From Octopus sinensis (taxonomy: Eukaryota): DNA of 64,000 bases. Of this stretch, positions 34,491 through 46,831 are shown piece after piece. Below the pieces are notes generated by a model. It ran no database searches. It saw only the letters and a program-made list of their open reading frames with translations, and had not been told where the DNA came from. Positions within the stretch are counted from its first letter, which is position 1, and the number at the start of each line of letters is the position of its first letter. The stretch is taken from NCBI RefSeq assembly GCF_006345805.1, contig NC_043005.1, positions 92,690,001 to 92,754,000 on the forward strand, written 5' to 3'. Both the position numbers and the translations under genes were made by a program.

Positions 34491-35536
34491 AATGAGAGAA
34501 CGAACTTCAGTAATTAGGTGACATCATTGTACAGCAGTTCAAGTGAAAGGAAACAGCTTTTACAAAAACAATCACTTTATTTACGTGTGAACATTCTGAA
34601 CGTCTACAATAAGAAAATGACACAATATGCAAACGGCTTTAGACGTACATTAAAAGGAAAAAGTAGCATGGCTCTTGATTATAAAATATCAAGCTATGAT
34701 ACAGTTTTCAGCAGAACCTAAATAACATTACAACTGAGTTTTTATTCTATTCTTTTTAACTGTCATTGGTGCCTATTGTTATTGATATTTCATTTGTTTT
34801 CTATTGTTTGCCTTTTTTAATACCAACAAAATTACCAGTAATAGTTTTTTTCCTTCTTCCATGAGGTAATTCTGGAAAAGTTGATTCTCTGCTCAATGAA
34901 TTCTTTCCGGTTTTGTTTTGTTTCAAATGATCATTGAAATTTACTGTCTACTAATAAATATGTGCCATCAAAACTGATTGCATTTTAAAAGAAATAAGCT
35001 GGAACTGGTATTTAATAGATGTATTGACATAACACACATTCCATGTATTTAATATAGACTTGTATAGTAAGATTATTTAATTTTTATTGAAAATATTTTT
35101 GGGGAAAGTTTTTATATAAATTCTTTTAATGCTTTATTGAGGTTAAAACAATAAAAACTTCTTTAGTTGTTGAATATTCCCCTATATTATTTATTTCATT
35201 GAATCTGTTGAACTTGTACTACAAAAAACGATATTGACTCACATATATTATTAAAAGTCAGTCAAATGTCGTGAATTCAGTTAACAAATGTGGAACAAGT
35301 TTGCAGCATTTACTGTTTATTTCTGTTTGTGTGCAAATGATATTATAAAAATAGGATCACATGTGGTCGTATCGTATAGGAGACACGGCGCACGTGGTCA
35401 TATTCTTAATGAAGTATTACAGACCATATAATACATACAGCGGCAATGTAACACAAGTGGAATGACAACAAGATTTCTTTTTGTGATATATACATTATTT
35501 ATTTTACATATTTTGCAATCCTGTTGGTTGGAAGTT

Positions 35537-36438
35537 TGTAAGTGTTAGCATGTTTTTGTGTCTGTGTGTTCGTGAGGTATAAAAGGTACTGACCAGAGAA
35601 ATAACAATGGAATTTGGTTCACAGTTCATGTTGTTGGTATCAGCCTAGCAACAGGTAGTAGCAGATGGCTTAAGGTAGTTCTTAGAAGAACTAGAACTCA
35701 AGACAGATAATTGATTTACCGTTTATGAGGTACATGGAGGATAAGAGTTCCATATCAAGATGTTGCGTCTCGTAGTTGAGATTAATTGAGTCACTTGTTG
35801 TGTTTATCTTTCTCTTGATATGAATATACTTCCAGATATATTAACTGTAGCCGTTTTTCCCGTGGTGAGATTTTCACCTAACTGCTAGAGTTGAATCTGT
35901 GGTTGTCTTGTGTACAAATTAAATCTTCGATGTTTGGCAATGAGTTGTGTCTGTCGCTTGGTTTTTGCTGCGTCTTCATCATATATTCTGCTTGGTTATT
36001 TTTCTCTTGATATAATGGTGGTCGCCTGCCTTTCAAACTGGAACATGGTCGAGTATGCTCTGTGTGGTCAGAGGTCCATTCTGAGAAGAACTAGAAACAA
36101 AGACGAACTCTATGGTCAGAGGTTCGCCCTGAGAAGGACTTGAACCAAAGACGGATATTTGTCTGAGAACCCTTCTTTATATAAGGTTTATGTGGCTCAA
36201 AATGAACTTCAGAAATGGAAAGCTGTGATTGGCTGCTTGGAACAATCGCGCGAAAATAAGCGAAGGCAAATCGTGTCACGTGACAACCAGCGGTGCGAAC
36301 GTAGTAGAAACCACGTGTCAGAATTAGTGTTTACAACAATGTTAAACTAGCCGAAGATGTTTGTAATCTCGAACGAGATTATTCTTAATACTCTTCTCAA
36401 ACAGTGAAGATAGGAATGAGTGTAACGATATTGCTACA
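35537..36438 (-). mobile_element. LTR-like element with Pol II promoter cassette (boundaries uncertain)
   Basis: TGTA...TACA ends, CpG-rich relative to flanks, E-boxes, CCAAT, TATA and an internal 48-bp duplication. No TSD found. Confidence 0.4.
36176..36317 (-). promoter_or_regulatory. Clustered promoter motifs: CACGTG, GTCACGTGAC, TTTTCGCGCG, CCAAT, TATATAAA
   Basis: Motifs lie in canonical order on the minus strand: 36312-36317, 36275-36284, ~36247-36256, 36228-36232, 36176-36183. Confidence 0.55.
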
Positions 36439-38929
36439 ATATCATGGACAAAATCCCTTGAAAATTTTCTTCCCCAAAAAGGAGTTGAACTTGCGGTTCA
36501 CCTTATGACTTCTACCACTCAACTGCATGATAAAAAATGATGTAAAAAAATAAATATAAATTAATAATTTAACAGAGCTCTGTTGGTTGATGATTAATTA
36601 TCTGATTAACCTGCTCCAGAATAAAGGTGTAAGTGAGCATTCATCAGACGTGTGTACCTTTAATGTAATTATCAAGACAAATCCATTTCACTAGAGTGTA
36701 CCTTTTGAATTACTGGTATAATCCACCTGATCTGCTTCTGTATAGTTTCCATCTGGCCAGTTTCATTCTTGTGAATGAAACAGCCAACATGAATAGGGAG
36801 CTTGAAATACTTTTCATTGCAGACATATTAATATCACCAGCTTTTAACTATTACACAAACATGAACAACCAACAGATCATGTCCTTTTCATTCTTAAGTT
36901 TGGGCTTCTCTACTCATCACCAATGTCTCATTATGGTGTAATACAGTCTGCTTTTTGCATGCACCTCATACCGTCTGCTTTTTGCATGAATCGAAAATAG
37001 AAAATACATGACATCAAGGGAGGCTCTATGAGGTCACTCAACATGCTTGAAATAGAAACCAATTCTCATAAGTCACACATTGTCTTAAAATGAAAGGTTT
37101 GTTAGATGTATTGTTTTAGATATATTACAGCTGAAAAACATCAGGGTGGCTATGGATGGAACACTTTTTGATCACAGGGCTGCTCAAATCTGGGTTGATG
37201 TGGGCCTAAACAACAATTGTTAATAGAAATTATGTATGATTCCAAACGACTTGAAGTTAAAGCAATCATGAAATGACTACCTGTATCTCATCTCTTGTGC
37301 ATCTTAAGGTTTGGTTTCCAGTCTTGTTTCAATCAATTGCTAATCTCGTTGTCAGTAATATAACAATATTTTTCTTGTTTATCAATTGACAGAATTGCAG
37401 TTTGTAGTAATTTATCTATTACATAAATGATACGAGACTTTCTTGAGCATTTTACCAATTTATGAAAGGGAGCCAAAACATTTGTCTGTTGCCAGTAATA
37501 ACAATATTGAAAACAACTCCAAGCTGAATGTTTCTTTGAAGCAGATTCTTTTCATTGAGCTAACCACTGTAGACTTGGTATGTATATTTTTTATGGCAGC
37601 AGCACTGGAGAGGTTATTTTCCTATGTTGGGATAAATAAGATTTCACTCTGCTGTCCTTTCTGGTCACAGCTCAAAGTCAATACTTCCTTTCTGCTATCC
37701 AAATGCAGTTCTTTTAATATGTGTTGTGTATGCTGAAGAGATATTCTTCTACTTGTTTCAATCATTAAGCTGTAGCCATGCTGGAGCACTGCCTTGTATG
37801 TAAATTTTTCGTATTTTTATCTTGTGTGTGTATGGTATATTTAATTTGTGGCATATGATGGTTGGTTGTATTCGATGTTCTCTGGTGTTGCTGGCTGATT
37901 TCTCTGTTGCTGTGTACGTACAAGGTGATTAAGGAGGACTGTAACAAATGATATTAGACTTGGCTAGAACTGACCTGTCCAACCAATTGCAACAAGGAAA
38001 AGACAAAGGTTAGCTTTATATAGTAAGAGAAAAAAAACAAACAGTGGGCAATAGTTTTAAAAGTAGCTTAGAGCAGAGTAGATGAATAATTTGGTTGATG
38101 ATAAAAAGCTTAATCAAGTCAAGTGCTTTGTGATAAAATAAATTGACATTTAAAAATATTTTGCCAGTTGTGTTAAATAAAAGAAACCATTTTAGATATT
38201 TGTAAATCTCTATAGAATTTATTTATAAAAGACCTATTTGTACAATGTGCATGTAAAATGTATGCATGAGATATTGTAGCAAAAAGTTTATGATGTAATT
38301 TTAGAAAAAGAAATGTTTAATGCAGAGTTTCTTTTGTAACTGAAATTTCAATGAGTTCAGTGAGTTGTATTGCAATGGAGACCAAATATTTCTTGTTATA
38401 TTTAATTTATTAAAATTTACTTTGTATTACACTCTGAGTCTATTAAACTGGAAAAACAGGCTAAAAATATCTGACATATATGTGTGTATGCATAAGCAGA
38501 TGGATTTAGGTCCAGTCCCACTGTGTGGCATCTTTTACTAATAACCCAAGCTGACCAATGTCATGTGAGTGAATTTGGTAGATGGAAACCGTAGAAACCT
38601 ATTGCATTTGTATAGGCAATTCCCTCCAGGTATCACAGGTATCCAGATATCACAGGTCATGTTCCTTGGATGTACTATTTCAACAGAACTGTGGAGGCAC
38701 CAAATACTATATCTACAGGCAATGTCAGACTTCTCTTCTTCCTCAGGACAATAATTTGTTCCACTCCATGAACGAACTTCTTAGACTACTATTACCTGAT
38801 GCAAATCATCATATTTTTTGTCAGATTCAAGCATTTTCCTACATTTAGAATGTTGCTGTGCAGGTACATAAGGAATACATTCCTATATATGCAGAGCTTA
38901 AAACTACATGGCAGTATTCTTGAGCCTGC

Positions 38930-38939
38930 ACACACATGC

Positions 38940-39007
<68 letters not shown>

Positions 39008-39012
39008 ACACA
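38930..39012. repeat. (CA)n microsatellite
   Basis: Direct reading. Confidence 0.95.
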
Positions 39013-40250
39013 CAAGCATGCCTACATGCAAATAGGTTGGAAGAGATCATATATAAAAAGCAATTGTAACGGGACTATTAATTGAAAATTTCACTTCAGT
39101 TATGACATTTAAAAGTTGCTTAAATTTAAGTACTTCTCTTTAGATTTGTACTTTGTGAACATTCAGATGTGAATTGGATAGGATAGTTTTAAGAACACCT
39201 GTTTTGATCTATGTGAAATTAACTGGAGCTTTAAAGCTGATAAGATTTCTAGTCTAAAACATGGAAAAAAAAAAAAAAGTATTTGGAAGCAAACATTTAA
39301 ATTTATAAATAGCAATACATTTGCATCCTAGTATTCATGCAGACCACAGCAAAACCCTCTATCAACAGAAAGAAAATATCTTTACCATTAACATCTAATG
39401 AATACCAACCAACATTTGGAAACAAGTAAATTAACTTTCAAAATAAAGTCTTTCTGGGAAAATATTTGCCAGTATTTTCAGCTCAACAGATTGAAACTTA
39501 CAATGGAAAAATTTGTCAGTCGACTTATTTATGTTCTCACCTGAACCATCAGCAATATTTGAATTATATATAAATATATTTGCAAAGTAATATATGTAAG
39601 CATTTTTCATAAGTGTATACAGTATTAGAGTATCGGTATAAATATTTCTGTTAACAATGCATTTTTTAAAAAAATAAAAACAAATTCTATTTCATCCTCA
39701 TCATTTTAATATCTGCTTTTCCATGCTTGCCTATGCAAGTGTTATATAAGACTGGCTTCTTTCAGTTTCTGCCAACCAAATCCACTCTTAAGGCCTTGGT
39801 CAACCCAGTGCCATAGTAGATGACACTTGCATAAGGTGCCTTGCATTTTCTCAGACGTACAGCCATGCTCATCTTGCATTTAATATTTCAAGTAAAATCC
39901 TCATTTTTGAAAAAGAGTTGCATCATGAAAAAAGATTCGAAACAGTCTCCAGATTCATCCTGGTCAAAATGTGACTCATGAGTATATCTAGAAAAGCTCA
40001 GTTTCTTTGAAGGTCTCTTTACTTCTTTATCTTCATTAGTGAAAAGGTGAAAATGTTATTTTGTACTGGTTACATCAACTCAAAGTAGCAGCAAGTCAAC
40101 AAATGAAAGGCATTTCTTTATTTTCGTGTCTTTTTTTCCTTTCTTTTCAAATCCAGGCCTCTCTGAATGGAGATGTGTAATCCTTGAAAACATTTTTTCC
40201 TTATGCTCATTCATCTCAGCAACAGTACAATTAAAAAAATTTTTTTTTCT

Positions 40251-41031
40251 GAAAATTTGTGTGAATCATTGTGAAATTTGAATTTGAGTAAAATGTATAT
40301 TTTATAAATAAAAAATAATACTCTAACATTTAATACCTCAAAGAAAATATTTATTTTTAAAAAGGAAAATGGGTTGTTAGAATAGAATTGCAGCAGTTTT
40401 TGCATTCCTCCTGATTCAAACAAACTTATGTGAGACGATGGCACATAAGACAGTTTGAAGACCGTTTTGTTAATCTTCGTTGGCCAATAACGAAAAGGTT
40501 CTTTATTAGCTTTGGGCAAAATGTTGTAAAGTTCTGTATTAGATTTTGGATTTTTGTCTAAATATATTTTTATTCTGCTGGCTAAAGAATTCCCTAAATA
40601 CTGAGCTTAGAATTCAAAACAGCTGTCTTGTATAATTTATCATTACAGTATATATATTGCTATGATGTCATATGATTTTCTTATCTTCTGTTTCCATGTG
40701 TGTTTAAGTCATTGGTCACAAGTGGTAAATAGAGCAGCCTGTTAAGGCATTTTTCATGTAAAAATGTAAAGACCAAGGCTAATGTAACACATGACATGAA
40801 ACAGATTCCTGAAGAAAGAGAATAATGACAGAACATGTATTTCAGCTTTAAATTTTATGAAAGGAATAATGTAAACTAAAAATCTACCTAAATATATATA
40901 TAAAGTACGATTTTTTTTGAGAAAATTCGTGTGAATCATTGTGAAATTTGAATTTGAATACAATGTGTATTTTATAAATAAAAAATAATATTCTAACATT
41001 TAATACCCCAAAGAAAATATTCATTTTAAAA
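40251..41031. repeat. ~112-bp direct repeat pair (40251-40362 and 40921-41031)
   Basis: GAAAATT.GTGTGAATCATTGTGAAATTTGAATTTGA..CAAAGAAAATATT shared with few mismatches. Confidence 0.88.
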
Positions 41032-41049
41032 TGTAAACTAAACTTTGCT

Positions 41050-41380
41050 TAGCAATAATAAGGTTTTAGGTTTGATCCCCACTCTATAGTACTTTGGGCA
41101 AGTATCTTCTGTTGTAGTTTTGGGTTGACCAATGCCATGAGAGTGGAATTTGTGCAGAAACCCATCGTTAACATCTGTTTTCTATATATCATGACCCCTG
41201 CATCCTTCTCCATGAGTTGGGTAATTTGACAGGAGCTGGCCACCTAGAGAGCTGCCCAGGCTCCATTTGTCTGTTGAGGCATGGTTTCTGCAACTGGATG
41301 TCCTTCCTAATGACAACCACTTTACAGAGTGGACGGGGTGTTTTTATGCAGCATCATAAAACCAGCACTCCCAAGCCCAC
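41050..41380. mobile_element. Adjacent SINE family 1 head remnant (+) and RTE tail remnant (-)
   Basis: GGTTTGATCCCCACT..TTTGGGCAAGTATCTTCT then GGATGTCCTTCCTAATG..ACCACT. Confidence 0.55.
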
Positions 41381-42149
41381 AAGATTAGGAATGCTCAGCT
41401 GGAGAAGGATGCAGGGGACACGCCTGTATGCAAGGACAGCTAGGATTTTAATTAGCTACAACCAGGATTTTCTCCACTTAAACATGGATGGTTTATTAGA
41501 ACAAACTTTACTGTGGCAGGCACCATGAGAGAAACTCTCATTTTGAGTTTCTGGTGCAAAAAAAAACACTCTTGTTTATTATCCCTAGCAGGGAGGTAAA
41601 TTCCTTGCTGACTCCAGCTCCAAGACCACCAGATCATGGGATTTTGACCTTGTTGGCTCTTGTCAAAGGTGGAAACTCACCTGCAAGATGTATATATATA
41701 TATAACGATATTATTATTATTATTATTAATAAATAAATAATAATAACAATAATATAAGTAGCCAGCAAGCATTAAAGCCAAAAAGTCAAATTTATAAATT
41801 TATAATTAATTATTGATTATAATTGAGGGTACGTGAAGTACCAACATTGCTAGAAATAAGAGTAAAAAAATACTCAAATAAGCCATCATACCTACTAATG
41901 AGAACTGAGGGAAATATCTCAAAGTTTGAAATCACGTGATATAGGTATATCTGTGATCCTCATTTGCAACTTTCAGCTGCAATGGTTTGCTAAATTTTGC
42001 ATGTTCCTCAATTTTCGTTAGCTTGTTGTATTTTCAATGAAATAGTGGCTTATTTCAGTATTTTTTGACTCTTATTTATAGCAACACTGGTATGTCATGT
42101 ACCCTTAATTATAATTAATAATTCATTGTAAATTTATATATATATATAT

Positions 42150-44765
42150 GGTGACTTCAATGAGCATGTTGGACAACATGCTGGGGGCTTCCATGACATA
42201 CATGGAGGCCATGGCTACGGTTCCCACAACGAGGAGGGAACTAGGCTGCTGGAGTTCTGCGATGCGAATGATCTTATGGTCTACAACACTAACTTCAGGA
42301 AACCTACCAGCCACCTAGTCATCTACCAATCGGGCCGACATACTAGCCAAATTGACTACATCCTTGCCAGAAAAAGGGAAAGATGGCTGCTTATAAACGC
42401 CAAAGGCTTCCCAGGTGAAGAATGTACCCCACAACACAGACTGGTAGTTAGTGACTTTAGGATCAGGACTAAGAGGATGACCAGAAGACGACCAACATGG
42501 AGAAGAAGGGTCTGGAAGCTTAAAGATCCTGCGAATGGACAGAGATTTAGAGACATATTACTTGAAGCCTTTGACAAAGCAGAAGGGGATAAAGCTTCAC
42601 ATGGGGTAGAAGACAACTGGAGGTTTCTAAGGGACAACCTGCTGAAAGTCACTGACCAGATCTGTGGATGGTGCAAAGTCCCCTCAAGACCCAAAATAAC
42701 GTGGTGGTGGAACAATATTGTTGACAGGGCTATTAGACGAAAAAAAAACAGGCTTGGAAGGACTGGAAGAACGGTGGTAGCAAGGAAGTGTATCAGACTG
42801 CCAGAAGGGAAGCTAGGAGGCAGGTGTATTTAGCCAGAGGTTGAAGCAGATAAGAAAAAATTTGCCAATGTTCTGTGCTGTGAGGACCAAAGACTTGAGG
42901 TATTTTGTGTTGCAAGACAGTGTGTGAGAGAGAAGCGTGATGTGGTAGGAGAGAAATATGTTCACATGGATGATGGTTCACTTGCGTTAAATGAGGATGC
43001 AAAGAGAGTGGTTTGGAGACACCATTATGAAAGGTTGCTGAAGAAAGAAAATGAATGGGATAAAGAGAGTCTGCCGAATGTGGACCCAACAGAGGGACCA
43101 GCTATCCGTGTTGACAGTTCCTTGGTAGTCAAGGCAATTAGAAGCATGAAGACAGGGAAATCCCCAGGCCCATCAGGAATTACTGCAGAGATGCTCAAAA
43201 TATCTGGCAGTGTCAGCTATAGCCAAGTCACCCGTATAGTTAACCAGGTGATACACAAATGAGTCATACCCAATGACTGGTGTAGCAGCATAATAGTCAA
43301 CTGCTACAAAGGTAAAGGTGATGCCCTAGATACAAATAATTACAGAGGTATCAAGCTGTTGGATAAGGCAATGAAGGTTACGGAGAGGGTCATAGCCCAA
43401 CTTATTAGGGAGAGAGTCAGCTTGGATGAGATGCAGTTTGGTTTCGTGCCAGAGAAAAGCACCACTGATGCCATATTTCTGGTAAGACAGCTGCAGGAGA
43501 AATACCTAGCCAAAGATAAGCCCCTGTGCCTGGCTTTCGTTGACATGGAGAAAGCCTTCGACAGGGTCCCCTGATCCCTTATCTGGTGGTTAATGAGGAA
43601 ACTAGGGATAGATGAATGGTTAGTAAGAGCTGTGCAAGCCATGTACAGGGATGCTGCTAGTAAGGTGAGGGTTGGTGACGAGTACAGTGAAGAATTCCGG
43701 GTAGAGATAGGGGTCCACCAAGGTTCAGTCCTCAGCCCCCTCCTATTTATCATAGTCCTCCAGGCAATAACGGAGGAATTCAAGACAGGATGCCCCTGGG
43801 AGCTCCTCTATGCTGATGACCTTGCTCTAATTGCTGAGTCACTATCAGAACTGGAGGAGAAGTTTCAGGTGTGGAAGCAAGGATTAGAATCGAAGGGCCT
43901 TAGAGTCAGCCTAGCCAAAACCAAAGTTCTAATAAGTAGGAAGATTGACAAATCACAAACGCCTTCAGGTAGATGGCCCTGCTCGATCTGTAGAAAAGGC
44001 GTAGGTAGAAACTCTATAAGATGTACCCAGTGTAAGCTATGGACACATAAGAGGTGCAGCAATGTCAAAGGAAGGCTAACTAGGAAAATAGTTTTTGTAT
44101 GTGGCAGATGCTCAGGAGCAATAAACACTGAAAATGCACAGAGACCATCTTCTGCCACATTCCAGGGAGAAAAACTAGAAATAGTTGATAGCTTCCGTTA
44201 CCTAGGTGACCAAGTCAGTAGCGGGGGCGGGTGTGCTGAAAGTGTAACTACTAGAGTAAGAATAGCCTGGGCAAAGTTCAGAGAGCTCTTACCTCTGCTG
44301 GTGACAAAAGGCCTCTCGCTCAGAGTAAAAGGCAGACTGTATGACGCATGTATACGAACAGCCATGCTACATGGCAGTGAAACATGGGCCGTGACTGCTG
44401 AGGATATGTGTAAGCTCACAAGAAATGAAGCCAGTATGCTCCGATGGATGTGTAATGTTAGTGTTCGTACTCGACAGAGTGTAAGTACCTTGAGAGAAAA
44501 GTTGGACCTAAGAAGCATCAGTTGTGGTGTGCAAGAGAGACGTTTGCACTGATATGGTCATGTGGTGAGAATGGATGAAGATAGTTGTGTGAAAAAGTGC
44601 CAATCCCTAGCAGTTGAGGGATCCTGTGGATTAGGTAGACCCAGGAAAACCTGGGATGAGGTGGTGAAGCACGACCTTCGAACTTTAGGTCTCACCGAGG
44701 AAATGACTAGAGACCGAGACCTATGGAAGTACGCTGTGCGTGAGAAAACCCGGCAGGACAAGTGA
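42150..44765 (+). pseudogene. RTE ORF with nonsense and frameshift lesions
   Basis: Fragments 42276-42833, 42924-43262, 43359-43574, 43593-44552 and 44562-44765 tile the polyprotein. Confidence 0.92.
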
Positions 44766-45267
44766 GACCATAACCTGTGGCCTCTACCTGGGATGTAGCC
44801 AGTCCACTTATGCATACCTTTTCCTTCTTAGGACACAAAACTCTACTTGTGAAGACCTGTTGAGGCAAGTGAGAAATCAGAATCAAAATCAAAATCGAAA
44901 TCAAAATCGAAATCGATCAACATCAATGGAAATTGTAGCTGTGATACCAGTGCCGGGGTCATGTAAGGGAACCATCCAAATGTGGCCGTAACCAGTCTCG
45001 CGTGTCCTCCATGCTGCTGGCACGTAAAAATCACCATCCGATCGTGGCCATTTGCCAGCCTCGTCTGGCACCTGTGTCGGTGGCACGTAAAAAGCACCCA
45101 CTACACTCATGGAGTGGTTGGCATTAGGAAGGGCATCCAGCCGTAGAAACATTGCCAGATCAGACTGGGCCTCGTGCAGCCTCCTGGCTTCCCAGACTCC
45201 AGTTGAACCATCCAACCCATGCTAGCATGGAAAGCGGACGCTAAACGATGATGATGATGATGATGAT
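42150..45267 (+). mobile_element. RTE LINE copy 3, 5'-truncated
   Basis: Begins at GDFN in the endonuclease; RT motifs, intact PHD, short 3'UTR and (GAT)7 tail; TA tracts on both sides. Confidence 0.93.
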
Positions 45268-45280
45268 ACATATATATATA

Positions 45281-45400
45281 TGAGACCATAAACTCATGGC
45301 ATATGCCTGGGGCATAACCAGCCCACTTATGCGTACCTTTTCCTTCTTTGGACACTAAACTCTGCTTGCGAAGACCTGTTGAGGCAATTGAAATCCAAAT
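45281..45400 (+). mobile_element. RTE 3'UTR-start fragment (copy-1 type)
   Basis: TGAGACCATAA..CTTATGCGTACCTTTTCCTTCTTTGG..GAAGACCTGTTGAGGCAA matches the reverse complement of 2030-2144. Confidence 0.8.
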
Positions 45401-45454
45401 CCATACTTCCTTAATTATCTCCCTGCCACTGCTGGAGCATCCAGTCCACATTGT

Positions 45455-45608
45455 AAAGTCGATCTTCACTGCTACTTGGTTTATCAACCATGGAAGGATG
45501 AAAGGTAAAGTTGACCCTGGCAGCATTTGAACTCAGAACATAAAGTTGGAGGAATTTCCACTGAACATTTTGTCTGGTACGATTCCGATTAAGCCAGCTT
45601 GCTACCTT
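45455..45608 (-). mobile_element. SINE family 2 remnant
   Basis: GGATGAAAGGTAAAGTTGACC..TTTGAACTCAG. Confidence 0.65.
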
Positions 45609-46831
45609 TCTGCAAGTCATAATATTAATAGTTTTTATATAACTTCTATGTAGATTCTTTTATTTATTTTTTTTTTGTTTATAACAGTGATAGAATCATT
45701 TTTTCATTTGCCAGGAATGTATTAGTTCGCAGCAATGGAATTTTGTGGAATGTATGGAGGAAAAAGAGTTGTTTTTTAAATTGTGATAGAATCTCAGTTT
45801 TCATTTCTCAAGTTATGTAATCTTGAATGTAACCACACAATCTGATAAGTACAAACTATTAAAAGTTGCATCTAGCTCAAAGAAGGCATTGCATTTGGCT
45901 TCTCTCTCTGTGACAGAATACAATTTATGAAAGTTCAAAAAAAAAAAAAATCATGCTGGAAGTAATGAGCTGAAATTCTTTTAAAATTGCTGAAGATTGA
46001 GTTTCATGGCAAAGCATTAAAAAGGATAAAGGTTGACATTTTAAAAAGCTATATAAATATTTTTAAAGGCAGCATGAATGAAATAGTTTTGAGAATTTCT
46101 GGTATTTTTTGGTTTTGTCTTTTACTTGCAAGTTTATTGCAGATAACCCTTCTAAAGATGTGAATTGCCCCATTTGAAATCTCATTATTCATCCATTTAC
46201 AAATATTAGGAATGCTTCCCATTTTCCTACTTATAACAATATTACTTCACCTCTTTTCAAAAAGTATATAATTATAGTAGAAATATTTCTGGGATGAGTC
46301 AAGTTTCTTTAGTATCATTTATCTTTCAGAAACGCTTTTGTCTAATTTAAATTTAACATAACTGCATCAGTCAACTGAGTTTAGATCCTGACATCTTCCC
46401 TTCAAACCAAACCTCTGCATTGCTCACTTGGTTTTGTTTCTTATAAGGGCTTCTTGTATTACTGCTTAAAAACCTTTGGTTCAATATCGTTCTTTTTATT
46501 TAACATTAACAAGGTTTTATTTCCTTAATGTAATTGCCAACTGGAGTCTATGGTGATGGCAGCATTCATGCTTTCTTTTTTCTTTTTCTTTTTTCTTTTT
46601 TGTCTAACTGAAGAGAAACGATTAAAGAATATATTTAAATTAGCAACAACTTTGAATTCGTTACATTCAAGGGACATAACCTTTCAAAATAGCTGTTTAT
46701 GATTGCCTCCCCTTTGCTTTTTTCTTGATACTTATTCGCTAACCACATGTTGATGGTGAGTAAATCGTGTTTTTTTTTAAAATTCTAATAGCTACTGACC
46801 CCGACCCCACAATTTTGAAAGAAGTTGCTCT

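Noticed and set aside
35635-35643. TGGTATCAG tRNA-Met primer-binding site
   Set aside because: Not preceded by an LTR CA end and opposite in orientation to the promoter motifs; only 9 nt.
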